NCBI RefSeq assembly: GCF_004010195.1
Contig: NC_057718.1
Coordinates: forward strand, 32,194,791 to 32,258,790
Direction of reading: 5' to 3'
DNA: 64,000 nt
DNA from: Chiloscyllium plagiosum
Taxonomy: Eukaryota
The first letter of the stretch is position 1; every line of letters begins with the position of its first letter. Shown piece by piece: positions 12,808 through 25,591 of the stretch. Made by a program: the position numbers and the translations under genes. The notes beneath the pieces are model-generated. The model saw only the letters and a list, made by a program, of their open reading frames with translations. It searched no databases and had not been told where the DNA came from.

Positions 12808-14506
12808 GAGGTGATGGCCTAGTGGTATTATCACTGACTGTTAATGCAGAGACTCAGGCAATGTTCTGGCAACGCAGTTTTGAATCTTGCCATGGCAGAT
12901 GGTGGAAAATATGAATCCAATTTTAAAAAGTTTGGGATTAAGAGTCACAGAGTCTTAGAGATATACAGCACAAAAACAGACCCATCAATCCAACTTGTCC
13001 ATGCTGACCAGATATCCGAAGTTAATCTAGTCCCATTTGCCAGCACTCGGCCCATATTCCTCTAATCCCTTTCTATTCATATACCCATCCAGAAGCCTTT
13101 TAAATGTTGTAATTTTACCAGCTTCCAACGCTTCCTCTGGCAGCTCATTCCATACACGCACCTTCATTTGCGTGAAAAAGTTGCTCCTTAGGTCCCTTTT
13201 AAATCTTGCCCCTGTCATCCAAAATCTATGCCCTCTAGTTCTGGACTCCCCACCCCAAGGAAAAGACCTTGTCCATTTACCCTATCCATGCCCCTCATGA
13301 TTTTATAAACCTCCATAAAGTCATCCCTCAGCCTCTGACGCTCCAGGGAAAACAGCCCCAGCCTGTTCAACCTCTCCCTATAGTTCAAATCCTCCAACCC
13401 TGACAACATCCTTGTAAATCTTTTTTGAACCCTTTCAAGTTTCACAACATCCTTCCAATAGGAAGGAAACCAGAATTACATGCAATATTCCAACAGTGGC
13501 CTAACCAACCGCCTGTACAGCCACAGCATGATCTCCCAACTCCTATATTCTGACCAATAAAGGAAAGCATACCAAACACCTTCTCCACTATCCTATCTAC
13601 CTGCAACTCTACTTTCAAGGAACTACGAACCTGCACTCCAAAGTCTCTTTGTTCAGCAACGGTCCCTAGGACCTTACCATTAAGTATATAAGTCCTGCTA
13701 AGATTTGCTTTCCCAAAATGCAGCACCTCGCATTTATCGGAATTAAGCTCCATCTGCTACTCCTCAGCCCATTGGCCCATCTGATCAAAATTCCATTGTA
13801 CTCTGAGGTAACCTCTTTGCTGTTCACCACACCTCCAATTTTCGTGCCATCTGCAAACTTACTAACTATACCTCCGATGTTCTCATCCAAATCATTTATG
13901 TAAATGACAAAAAGCAGTGGACCTAACACCACTGGTCACAGGCCTCCAGTCTGGAAAGCAACCCTCCACTACCACCCTCTGTCTTCTACCTTTGAGCCAG
14001 TTCTGTATCCAAATGGCTAGTTTGCCCTGAATTCCATGAGATCTAACCTTGCTAACCAGTCTTCCATGGGGAACCTTGAGAAATGCCTTACTTAAATCCA
14101 TATAGATCACGTCTACTCCACTAGCCTCATCGATCCTCTTTGTTACTTCTTCAGAAAGCTCAGTCAAGTTTGTGAGACATGATTTCCCATGCACAAAGCC
14201 CTGTTGACAATCCTTTGCCTTTCCAAATACATGTAAACCCTGTCCTTCAGGATTCCCTCCAACAATGTACCCACCATCAATGTCAGGCTCACCGGTCTAT
14301 AAGTTTAATGATGACTGTGAAAACCTGTTGTCAATTGTTGGAAAAGCCCATCACTAATGCCCTTTATGGAAGGAAATCTTACCTGGTCTGACCTACGTGT
14401 GACTCCAGACCCATAGCAAAGTGGTTGATAGTTAACTGCCGTTTGGGGTAATTAGGGATGGGCAATAAATGGCCAGTGATACCCACATCCCATGAAGGAA
14501 TAAAAG
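12808..14506 (+). mobile_element. tRNA-derived SINE split by a CR1 insertion (SINE parts 12808-12945 and 14300-14506)
   Basis: The head GGCCTAGTGGTATTATCACT...GAATCTTGCCATGGCAGATGGTGGAA continues after the LINE as TAATGATGAC...GACTCCAGACCCA...GGGATGGGCAATAAATG...CACATCCCATGAA. Confidence 0.75.
12941..14299 (-). mobile_element. CR1 (HER1-like) LINE, 5'-truncated, ~1.36 kb
   Basis: Consecutive ORF fragments: GKSCLTNL..., [49 protein letters not shown]; microsatellite tail at ~12941-12960. Confidence 0.95.
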
Positions 14507-15704
14507 AAATATGAGAAATCCTGTACAGGAATATTTGACCACTTGTCAGTGAGATTTCAGTACATTTGAGGGCATGTTAATTTCTTGGTTATGTGAAGTT
14601 GAGCTATAAGGGTGCCTGGCAACATAATTATAAATCTGGTCCTTCTGCACTTGGTCTGTATACACCTAGAACGACTTCCTAAGTCATAAATAGTGTAAAA
14701 TACTGTCCTACAACATCATGACTAGTGGAATTGAGTTGAGGTGTTATGTCAAGGGAATCATATTAAAAATATCACTTCAATATAGCTTCCCTTTCTGCAG
14801 CTAATTAGGGCCAGTAAAAATTACAATTAAATTGCACAATAATGAATGACAGATTTAATGCTTTAATGATAACTTTAGTTAAGTGAGCATTAGATAATGA
14901 AATAAAGTAGAAATGATTAGGTATATATATTAGCTGACGTTTTTATGAAAGCTATATTCAAAGGGACTGTGGCTGAGAGTAACATTGTAACACTGCATCT
15001 CTGATTGGCTCGTTAGGCATGGCTCTTTGGTTAGGGGGTGAGACCAGCATATTTACATTAAGCCATGTATTATTATTGCAAGAACAGTTCCAACTACCAA
15101 TATGTTCACATTTGGCCTTCCACAGTGAAAGGACACACTGACATATCACTAGAATCAGTTTGTGCCTATTGTCTGACTCCAACAGCTGTTGGCTGTACTT
15201 CTGATAGATCTCAAACACAACATCTCTGCAGCATCTTCAAGCACATTTGGAGAATGTATAACAGATGCCACATTAATTTTTCTTTCTCCAGTTGAGTGCT
15301 TCGACTTGTTTGGAGGCGAGCCACCTTTTTACAAATGTGCTTGAAGGTAGGTTGTATTGAAATCTCACTGACACCTAGTGAGTAAGAATGAATATTGTCG
15401 TATGTGATGTAATTGCCGGTCAGTCGCATCTTGAGGAAGGGTGCCACCTGTCAACTATGTTAACAATAGGTAAAAACTAGGTAAAAAGGTTAGAAACACA
15501 AGCTCCATTCTTCCTCACTGTCTGTTGGACAATGTTGTCACTGAAAGAATGAGTATTAAATAGTAAGCATTAACTATGTGGCCATTGTTAATTTTCATTG
15601 TTTGAATTTTGGAGTTTTCACTTCAATTTTCTCTGTTTCTCTTGTTACTGGGATAGCTCAGGACTTTCTCTAATATACATCATATAGAAGTCTAAATAGT
15701 GATT

Positions 15705-15905
15705 AAAGGCAGACTATTCGATAGGGGGACTGACAGCTGGATCACAAAATGCAATCCTGACCCCATGATCCACTCTTGTACTTGCTGCCAATTGTGACTA
15801 GATAACATGCAGGACTGGGAACCCTGGCTAATTTCCTTTCCATCCCCTAATGCTGAAGACAGTTGTAGTTCCCAAATTGCAATTATCTGATTCAGTAAAG
15901 ATGTG
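15705..15905 (-). mobile_element. Ancient SINE fragment (LF-SINE-like)
   Basis: Minus strand reads GGAAATTAGCCAGGGTTCC...TCGAATAGTCTGCC, resembling a recalled LF-SINE-type core; unverified. Confidence 0.35.
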
Positions 15906-16002
15906 AAACAAAGCTAAAGCCTGTACCATACGGTTTACGAACCATAACATGTTATTTCATATCGACTATAGGCACTTCACTATAAATCCTTGAGCCAATG
16001 AT

Positions 16003-16318
16003 TTAGATTAGATTCCCTACAGTGTGGAAACAGGCCCTTTGGCCCAACCAGTCCACACCGACCATCCAAAGAGTAACCCACCCAGACCCATTTCCCTCTG
16101 ACTAATGCACCTAACACTATGGGCAATTTAGCATGGCCAATTCAGCTGCCCTGCACATCTTTGGACTGTGGGAGGAAACCAGAGCACCTGGAGGAAACCC
16201 ATATAGACACTGGGAGAATGTGCAAACTCCACACAGACAGTCACCCAAGGCTGGAATTGAACCTAGGACCCTGATGCTGTGAGGCAGCAGTGCTAACCAC
16301 TGAGCCACCGTGCCACCC
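16003..16318 (-). mobile_element. HE1-type V-SINE, full length
   Basis: Its reverse complement matches 7970-8277 from GGGTGGCACGGTGGCTCAGTGG to the AATCTAATCTA tail. Confidence 0.92.
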
Positions 16319-16772
16319 ACTTAATTTTTTCTTATTTTCTAAATGTTTAGAAAGTCATTAGGTAGAATTTTCACTGTGATGTGGGTTCAGGTGAATGTCC
16401 GATTTCACACATGCTGCTGGCATATCTACTCTCTCTCTCTTTCTCTGTCTCTCTCTCTCACTCAAAGCTGTTGGGAGGATACCTTACAGTGGACGCTCCA
16501 TCCAAGAATTAGAATTTGATTTTATTGTCATGTGGTACTGAAGTACAGGGATACAGGAGTACTGTGAAAAGGGTACCCTCCAGGCTGAAGGGCCTCTTGT
16601 TGGCTCTTCAGCTTTGAAAGCTTATCCAATGTCCTTAATTGGACAACAAGGTTGTTCCTGAGCTAATTCAGTGAAAATTGTATCAATCCCCCGCACTTTT
16701 GATGGTTTGCATTGTCCATATTGGGCTTTGCTTGGAAATATTTAATTGGCTACATGGGCAATTACTGGTGGT

Positions 16773-16947
16773 CGAGAGTGTGGTACTGGAAAAGCACAGC
16801 AGGCCAATGTTTCTGAATTCCTGATGAAGGGCTTATGCCCGAAATGTTGATTCTCAAGCTCCTCGGATGCTGCCTGATCTGCTGCGCTGTTCCAGCGCCA
16901 TACTCTTGACTCTGATTTCCAGCATCTGCAGTCCTCACTTTCTACTG
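16773..16947 (+). mobile_element. Penelope-derived mini-element (family A) with 12-bp TSD and hammerhead-like core
   Basis: TSD ATTACTGGTGGT at 16761-16772 and 16948-16959; partially inverted ends; core CTGATGA-A-GGGC-TTAT-GCCC-GAAA at 16821-16844. Confidence 0.8.
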
Positions 16948-17944
16948 ATTACTGGTGGTGGTCAGTCGTTTAAAAAAAAGTCACAGTGATTTGGTGGTGG
17001 CCAAATCATTCATTTCTGTGTGATAGCACTTCTGGATATATTAAAAAAAAATCATATCCATGTGAGTGTCACTAATGTTTGGGGGATTGCAGACTCCATC
17101 TGACCTGATGTCATAGTTCCTTCCCAAAACCCAATTCTAACCAGTTTTGTTTAATTAAAGAGGCTTAATAATAGTACAGCAATGCACATACTAGAACTTG
17201 GAAATAAAATCAGAAATCGTTGAGCAGACCAGGCAGTGTCTGTGGAGGGAGGAATAGGGTTAACATGCCATGTTGGTAATCCATCATCAGAAGAGATCTG
17301 GCAAGAATTGAGCAGCCTGTACCATTGGGTTGAATTTTGTGGAGCTATCAGAAGTCCTGTCTCTGGAGCTGAAGAGAGGAGGCAGCCAAACAGCAGCAAG
17401 TGTTGGGACTTGTGGAGGAATATTGCCATCTGCAGAGAGTGAACAGGCTGCCCTGGGGCCACTGCCCAATTAAAGGTGGTGGCCAACCCTTACAGGGTGC
17501 CAGCTCAATCAGGAAAGGGTTCTGTTGAGGCTACAGCTGCACTGCCAAGCATCGTCCAAGAAATCTCTGTAGGTTTGGGGAATGCCTGGTGCAGGCAGGG
17601 CAGGCAAGCCCCAGGAATCAGGGAGCTGTTGGGAGTGGGCCAGGCAGCGTTCACCTAATGTGCTCCCCAACTTAATGTTGATCTCTCCTGATGTGTGCCA
17701 CATACCCCCAAGGTGGAAAATGCCCCTCCATTTGTTATTTAAGTGGCTTGGTTCACAGGTAGCTGCTCTGCCAACTTTCCTGCTCCTTACAAAGTGGCAG
17801 GAAGACATTGACACTGCCCTTGACAACCTCCTGCGCCATTTTGGCAGCCTTTCCACAGCTTGGTCTGGTGACAAAGAACTGGTTAACTTCAGGCCATTAA
17901 CTGTGTGATTGGACCAGCTAATTATTTCCAGGTTTAATACAAAA

Positions 17945-18062
17945 CTTGCTGTGGTGGTACAGTGATGATGTCCCTGCCTCTGAGCCAGAATATATGGGTT
18001 CCAGTCCCATCTCCTTCAGACGTATGTCGTCCTATTTCTGAACAGGTTGATTAGAAAATGTC
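17945..18062 (+). mobile_element. Short tRNA-derived SINE (related reverse copies at 18375-18490 and 31845-31950)
   Basis: A/B-box-like GTGGTACAGTG...GGGTTCCAGTCCC; the reverse copies read GGGACTTGAACCC...AGGGACACT. Confidence 0.55.
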
Positions 18063-18828
18063 GACAAAATCTGCCTCAATCTGTTATTAGGTTGTTCTGC
18101 CATTCAATGCACATTTCTTGTGATTCGAAGTCACTTTATTATTGGTATGGGTTCCTAGCAATGCATTGAAAGAATCAGTACTTTCAGCTCACTTTTACTT
18201 GGACTGTTAACAGATCAAACAGATACTAATGTGGTACACCGAGGAGTTGTCGGGTAAATGGTCATGGCCACAATGCTCCACTGTGTCACCTCTCAATCTC
18301 CGTGATCAATAACTGGAAAAACATAGTCTCATCGAGAACATAGTCTCACAGAGATGGAGGGAAGGCTGAAATTGATGTTTTTAATCAATATGTTCAAAAA
18401 TGTTACAATATGCCTCTGAAGCAAATGGGACTTGAACCCAGGCTTTTTGGCTCAGAGGCAGGGACACTGCAACTGCATTGCAGTAGCCCTTAAAAATTGT
18501 AATTCCACCAGAGAGAGAAGGCTGGTCTTCAGTGCAGCTTTCACGAGCCAGCTAAAGAGAGCGAATTGGCAAAGAATGATTACTTGCTTTTTCTGCTGAA
18601 TATAATTGCCAAATAATATTAAGAGAGTATTGCAACAAATGGCCCATCAAAGCCTCTATTACTATTACAAGAAAACAGCTCCAGCTGAGTTGATGAATGC
18701 AGCTCATTTGTATTTTCATGTTCTTGTTTCTTACCGTCAAATATGCATGTTTTTTTCAAGCACGTATATGTTTTTTATTGAATCAGTTTAGTGCTCTTTC
18801 AGGATGTTATGAATTTTAACATAGCTAC

Positions 18829-19070
18829 AGTCTGTGTGGAGTTTACACATTCTCCCCGTGTCTGTGTGGGTTTCCTCCGGATGCTCCAGTTTCCTCCCGC
18901 AGTCCAAAGATGTGCAGGGCAGGTGAATTGGCCATGCTAAATTGCCCATAGTGTTAGGTACATTAGAGGGGAATGGGTCTGGATGCATTACTCTTTGGAG
19001 GGTTGGTGTGGACTTGTTGGGCCGAAGGGCCTGTTTCCACACTGTAGGGAATCTAATCTATTCTAATCTA
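18829..19070 (+). mobile_element. HE1-type V-SINE, 5'-truncated
   Basis: Starts within the V-core (GTCTGTGTGGAGTTT) and ends with the AATCTAATCTA tail. Confidence 0.9.
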
Positions 19071-20998
19071 CTGTACTACCTCTTGGAAGAGACTATGGCA
19101 AAACCATTGGAGAGCTGCATTTACTTTTGTTAAGGAGGCAACCTGTAAAGTTTGTGCATTTTTTGCCATTTGCAATTGCTTTGTTGACACAGTGGCCAGG
19201 AAGCTCTGCCTATCCCAGCAGCAATTTGGGTGGCAAGACTGAAGACATTCAATTGGGCAGGAGGAGGTAGGTATGGACCCTAACACTTTTCTCTTCCCAT
19301 CTTGTTTCAGTCCATTGTGGTCTTCCTGTCCATTGACAATCAAAGCCATAAATAAGTGTTTAGTTCCCACTTAAAACCTCATGAGTCACTGCTGGTGTAA
19401 ATAGACACGGGCATGTCAAACAGAGAGCATGGCAGGGAAACCTATGGGGGTAGTTTGTGCGCTCAAAGGTGGAGGAGTGAGACTGAGGGATGTCTTTCAT
19501 TCAAAGGCAGTCAATGTCATATTGAGTGACCTGGAATCAGGAATTTGGGGACCACTGAGAACAGCAACTCTATTCATCCTTCTGAAACACCCCCACCTTT
19601 TCCTGTGACCCAATCCCACAACCGCCTCCACCATGACCGGCCTCCCACCATCAGTTATCTGCAGATTGGGAAGTAGATCCATGGCTTTGGGTGGGTTTCT
19701 TATGGATAGCAGTCACTCCCTTCCCAGAGGTATGGCCGTTACTCTCGGCAGGCAGGACACCTTCTCTGTAGCCCTTGATCCTGGGAAAAGGCCCATCATT
19801 GACCTGTTAAGTGGTACATGATGTGGCAGACCTTACAAAAGGGGTGACACAGAGCCCTCACTGGCTCTTCATGCACCAGCAGAGACCACATGTCACCTCC
19901 ACATAATTCCGGCCAATGTTGGTGCTGACCATGAACAAATTACTTGGAATTCTGGATCGCAGAATAATGGGGGAACCTTTCCTTATAATTAGTCGAACAA
20001 TGATTGACTGATCAAACAGGCCCCCAGGACAAAAACCTGTTAGGAAGTGTATCAGTGAAAGGATAAAAATAACACTGAAAGAAATTTTTTTTAAAAATGT
20101 GAAGCTGTGCAGTGACAAAGAAAGGAAGAACAAATCTTGTCATTTTATGAAGATGAGGAACAGAATTCTTAAAAGGAAGAGACAATGGAAGATGACTGAG
20201 GAGAAACCTAAATTTGACTGCAACTGTTAAAGAAAGAAACTGAAAGGTAGAATAAACCCAAGCCCAAGGTTTAAAAACAGTCTAGTCCAGATACCTTGTC
20301 ATTTAACAAATCGCCGACTGCTCTCCCAAGTTCATAAATACCAATGGTTTGTGACAGTCTTACTTCATCATCTTTACCTTGATGGCAGTACAAAGGCAAT
20401 ACTGTACTGTTATGAAGGTCTTGAAAGGATTAAGTAATTGATAACAGAAGTCAGTCTGTTTGAAGTTTTGCTGCATTGAGAATGTTGGCACTTCTTCAGA
20501 TAATGCTCAGCACAAAAGGACCACAATTACATTTGATTTCCAGCCTCACTAAAATGGCTTTGGCAGCATGATGTACAAGGCTAAACCTTGGGACAAACTG
20601 CACAAGGTTTTCATTTTTGCTTTCTTTTCCGGCTGCACAGCTTGAAGGACATCTGGGAAGAGGGAGATTGAATTGAGCCCACCGGTTGTTTTGAAAGGGC
20701 TAAATTTTGCCAGCTCTTTGGGAAGTCGGGGGCTGGCAAAATGGCATGGAGAGGTATAAGCTGGAGTGGGCTGCCAACCTCACCCTTTTGTGTCATTTTG
20801 TCATTAGTAGGAAAGCTGGCTAATGGCTCATTCACTTATACAGAGTCCATTTGAGCCATTTAAGAGCCTCCTCCTGCCTCCACTGACACTTTACAAGCAC
20901 TTGGTGGGAGCTCCTTTACCAAGAGACCATGAGATAACCTGAGAGCTCCTTATCATTGGGCACCCTTTGGTTTAAGGAAGTGTAACTTCAGTTCAAGA

Positions 20999-21703
20999 AG
21001 TCCCCTAGCAAAGGCGCTGTCTGTCCTCAGTGGCACCTTCCCTCCACCTCAATGGATCTGCCTGACTGACCCCAGGATCCCCAGACTTTACCAGTGAGGT
21101 TGGCACATATGGTCCTGATCACTGGAGCCTGTGCCTTCATGAGGGCCAGGCTTATTGGCTGAATGCTCTGTAAGTCTTGATGGTCAGGGTCGAAAGCAGC
21201 CAACCTGGCACGTTGACTTCCCCGGTTGATAGGCTCATCAGCTAAATGGTGACATTCGGAACAATGGCCATCGTTGGCTGAGCTTGATTTACTAGGTTTG
21301 TCACTCTCTCTCCTTTCTTTAATGCTTCGAGTTGAGATTTGGTACTGTTCAGGTGGACCAGACTGGAGGCTGCGGGAATGTAGGGTGAAGTAAACTAAAA
21401 TGTCTAGTGCCTTATCTGTACCCTGGAACTATGGCCATTGTTCCGAATGTCACCATTTAGCTGATGAGCCTATCAACCGGGGAAGTCAACGTGCCAGGTT
21501 GGCTGCTTTCGACCCTGACCATCAAGACTTACGGAGCATTCAGCCAATAAGCCTGGCTCTCATGAAGGCACAGGCTCCAGTGATCAGGACCATATGTGCC
21601 AACCTCACTGGTAAAGTCTGGTGATCCTGAGGTCAGTCAGGCAGATCTATTGAGGTGGAGGGAAGGTGCCACTGAGGACAGACAGCACCTTTGCTGGGGG
21701 ACT
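20999..21703. repeat. Long inverted repeat: ~277-bp arms (20999-21275 / 21427-21703), ~151-bp spacer
   Basis: Manual alignment of the left-arm reverse complement to the right arm gave 8 mismatches and no indels. Confidence 0.95.
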
Positions 21704-24093
21704 GGAAGGTGCTTGTTGACCTTGATTGGAAGCAGGGCATATCCTGGGCCTATCTGATCACCATCTTCATCTCCACCACCATCCCTGCCTCCCGTCAGTG
21801 GCTCCTTCACCTCTCACTCAATCACTCCCTAGACCTCCTTTCTGTCCTGACACTCCCCCCTTTCGATGGTGTCCCACAGATGATGGTTCCTTCCTTGTCC
21901 CATCCCTGGGCCCCACTTCCCAACCTGACCACTGAGTGGTGTACAGTTATAGCTAATGGCCCCTTTACCCACTTCCTCCACCACCACCACCCACCCATTG
22001 TCAGGGTCTGCATTCCTCCTTCTCCTCTCGATGGGCTCCTATGTGATTGGTTGATAGTGACACCGCCCCCCCCAACTCCCCACCCCCCTGCAGCCAGCCC
22101 AGCATCATGACCGAACTTCTTCGTACTCAATGGTGTCATTATTGACAGAGGGAGAAGGAGTGCAAGAGAAAGTGAACTAACGTGTATGAGAGAGAGAGAG
22201 AATGAGAGAGGGAATGAGGGAGTAAGAGAAGGAGTGTGAGGGGTGAGAGAGACCCCTGATACTGGAGGTGAGCTCGCATAGACATACACATGCGCCCCTC
22301 CTATGCCTCCCTTTTCAAAATATTCCAGTAGACTTGGCCAGATGAGGTGAAATATCCAGACTGAGAGGCAACAGGCTTCCATGCTCCATTTTTCATGTGA
22401 TTTCTACATGGGCCAACTTGTAATGTGCCCCATCAGAAGTCAAATCCTTTCCTTAATCCTGGCCCCCTCACCCTCCCTGATGACCATGATTTGGGACCTA
22501 TTCTGGTCTCTTTCCAGCTTTGCTTTTTAAACAACAAGGCAAAAAGGTTCTATTCATAAACTGCTCTTTAGTACATTCCTAATAGGCATTAATGAGCGAA
22601 TGAATTAGTTAAAATGATCAGTTTATTGCTTTGATGTTGAATTTTTTTTGCTTACCAAGTTGTTTATGTTTTCTCCACATCTTATTTTTTATTTGAGACT
22701 TATGTTTAATGTTGTGCCAAACAAAACCCCAGACAGCAGCTGCAGCATTTCTTGCTGAAGGGGAATAATAAACCTGACTACTTTTTGGAGGGCTGGCAAA
22801 AAGAGTCGTTGTTGCTTCAGTAGAAACTCTCAACACATCTGTTGGTACCTGTGCAGAAGGAGACGGTGATCATCAGAACGGGTGTGGATTGTGGATCCAT
22901 TTCTCTCACCACTACCTGGTCTGCTGGATATTTCCATTGATTACTGTTTCTGCTGTCCTTTGTTGTCTTTATATGCACTTCATGTTGGCCGATTGTAAAA
23001 TTGGTTAATTTAAATTTAATGAGAAAATATTTATCACTCATTGCAAAGTGTAATTTCTTTGTTGACAAAGCCAAAGTCTTTGGATATTGCTGTTTGGATA
23101 TGGCATAGGCCAGGGTCAATGAAGCAGAGATTGTTCCAAAATATAAGCAACCAAGCTGAGTGTAATTAAAAACAGAAAATGCTTGATAAACATCGCAGGT
23201 CTGTAAACATCTGTGGCGCGAGAAATAGAATTACTGCTTTGAGATTCATTTCAAAGCGAAACATTAATTCTACTCTCTCTCCACAGATGCTGAGTTTCTC
23301 CATCATTTTCTATTTATTTCAGGTTTTGCTTTTAATCAAGTTGTATGTATTTGTCTGGCAAAGCAATAGTTATAAAATATATTGTACTAAAATCCAAGAC
23401 TTTTAATGGCCATTATAAATGGAGGCTTACAGTAAAAAGCCATGAGCTTTTGCTAAACCTAAATAAGAGATTTCAAAACTAACTGTGACTATGGTTCCCA
23501 ATTATGGGCAAATGGGAGAATGATGGCTGGGGTAAATGGAGGAGCAAGGGGCCTGGAAACTGCTGAACCACGCAAGACACATGGATTCTCTCCCTAGCTT
23601 TGGCGCGTGGTCATCCATGTGCCCTTGTCCTGCATGTTCGGCCCCACAAGTTGCTACTTTTTATGGTGGTGTTGTTGAGGTCTTTTAGTTCTTAGGAGCA
23701 GGCTGTCCATTTTCCTCGCTATGCCATCCCAATGTCAGTCACCTAACTGGCTGCTGCTGAAAAAAATGTGGCATTTGACCCTGTTGCATTGACTGCTTGA
23801 TATATTTCATGCAAATTCTATTAACTTTAATTCTTGCAAGAATGCTGAAATTATTCCAGCAATGTTAAGGTAACCATGACAGTATGAATTAGTGAAGTGT
23901 TTCTTCCAGCACCTTTGCGAAAACTGTTAATCAAAGAAAGAAAAGAAGTCTCGAGGAAGCTATGACTGTGACAGGATTTGTTTATAAGTAGAATTTATGT
24001 CATTTTCTGTATTTTAATCATTACATCATTCCCCTATTGGGAATAGTTCCTTTGATATGTGTTTTATTTGGCTGGTGGCTGTACAATATTGCA

Positions 24094-24137
24094 GAAGCAT
24101 ACTTAGACATTATGTGAAGCATACTTAGACATTATGT
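24094..24137. repeat. 22-bp tandem duplication
   Basis: GAAGCATACTTAGACATTATGT x2. Confidence 0.9.
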
Positions 24138-24799
24138 GGTGTTGTATAGTTACACATCTCCTCAGCAAATTGGATATTTCTTTTTCTGCAGGATCATTGA
24201 ACTATATTATTATAAACAAGCCCCACTGTATTCTGTCATATTAGAATTCTGTTCATTTCACTCTTAAGCATAGGTTGCTCATTTAATAGACTGTAGTGGA
24301 ACATTCATATCAGTCAATGTCTTCCTTGCCAACAAAGGAGAAGGTGCAGCTATTTTAAAGTGCAAGTTTATAAATTGGAACCAAGAGATGAAAAATGCAC
24401 TTTAGCAAGAAGCATGAATTTATCTCTCTGACACACTTCATCATCTATATGATACCAACACAAAGCAATCTTTGCTCAATAATAACTATTATAGCCTGAG
24501 CATATCTAGACTCCATTGTGCTAAGAAGTGCAAATAATGCAAAGTGCTTATCGGCCACATTGATTCTTCTAAATCTGTGATCATCACATGATGAGTCCAG
24601 TGTTGTAAATACAAGATAAAACCAGAAATGTTTTTGATCCAGTATTGTTGAAACACAGTTATAGGGTCAAGAACAATTGATGCTAGCAACTGCAATTTGT
24701 TAACAGCAAATGCCAAATAGTGCACCGAGCGAGCTTATTTGATCAAAACTGTGGCTGAAATGATGCATCAATTCCACTTTCCTGCTATATTCCTTTGTT

Positions 24800-25330
24800 T
24801 CTTGATTTTCACAAAATCCACCAATCTCAATACTGAACCTATTCATGAACTGAGTACCTACAGCTCCCTGAGGTCAGGAATTGCAAAGATTCATAACCAT
24901 CTCTCTTCTAAATTGTCATATCCTTATCCTTAGACTGTGGCCTCTAGTTCTGGAATTTCTAACCAGAGGTACTAATGGTTTAATGGAATCATCTCTCATG
25001 CTTCTGAAATCAGAGAATGTAGACCCTCCTACTCAATGTTTCCTCATTGGACAATATTTCCTCAACCTAAGCAATCTCACTAAGACAAGTATAAGAAGTT
25101 GGAATTGTAGCACTTGAAGTTTGGTCTTACTAATCTACTATATAACTGCAGAAATTGCTTTATTTTGTACTCAAACATTCTTATAATAAAGTAAGACATT
25201 ATCTTTGCCTTCCTTGTTCTTTGCTGCAGCTGTGATGATTCTTGCTTTGTATGCAAAAGGAGTTGACCTCTGATTCTTCTGATCCCAGCTGCTGTTAGTA
25301 CTGGACAGGTCAGACTGGAATCTGGCTGGA
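24800..25330 (-). mobile_element. Old CR1 3' fragment
   Basis: CCTTAGACTGTGGCCTCTAGTTCTGGA and the following sequence resemble the reverse complement of the CR1 RT C-terminus; heavily decayed. Confidence 0.55.
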
Positions 25331-25447
25331 TAGATTGTACTCTCCTCTTCTTTATTTAACAAAACGGGCTTTCACTGAAACACAAGTATACAATGATGCA
25401 GTATGCAAGTATGCAATCTGCTTGTAAAAATAATATAGAAATTTGTT

Positions 25448-25591
25448 AAAGGCTAAATACTGTGGAAGTTAGAAATCTGAAACTGACACAGAGAATACTG
25501 CAGAAACTCAGCAGATCTTCAGCATCTGTGGAGAGAGAAACAGAGTTAAAGTTTTGAGTTCAGTATGACTTCTTCAGAACTGTGCAACTTC
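25448..25591 (-). mobile_element. Penelope-derived mini-element (family C) with 11-bp TSD
   Basis: TSD AGAAATTTGTT at 25437-25447 and 25592-25602; the minus strand carries a decayed CTGAAGAAG...CAAAAC core. Confidence 0.7.

Noticed and set aside
15292..15346. 55-nt plus-strand exon candidate
   Set aside because: Splice signals are plausible, but the peptide is unrecognised and not distinguishable from chance.
21461..21500. CTGATGAG in the long inverted repeat as a hammerhead core
   Set aside because: No stem II followed by GAAA downstream.
21691..22382. Overlapping 139-186 aa ORFs
   Set aside because: Low-complexity C-rich and GA-repeat sequence with no domain signature.
22774..22848. 75-nt minus-strand exon candidate (VPTDVLRVSTEATTTLFASPPKSSQ)
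   Set aside because: Weak donor (GTTTAT), no recognisable homology, no consistent partner exons.
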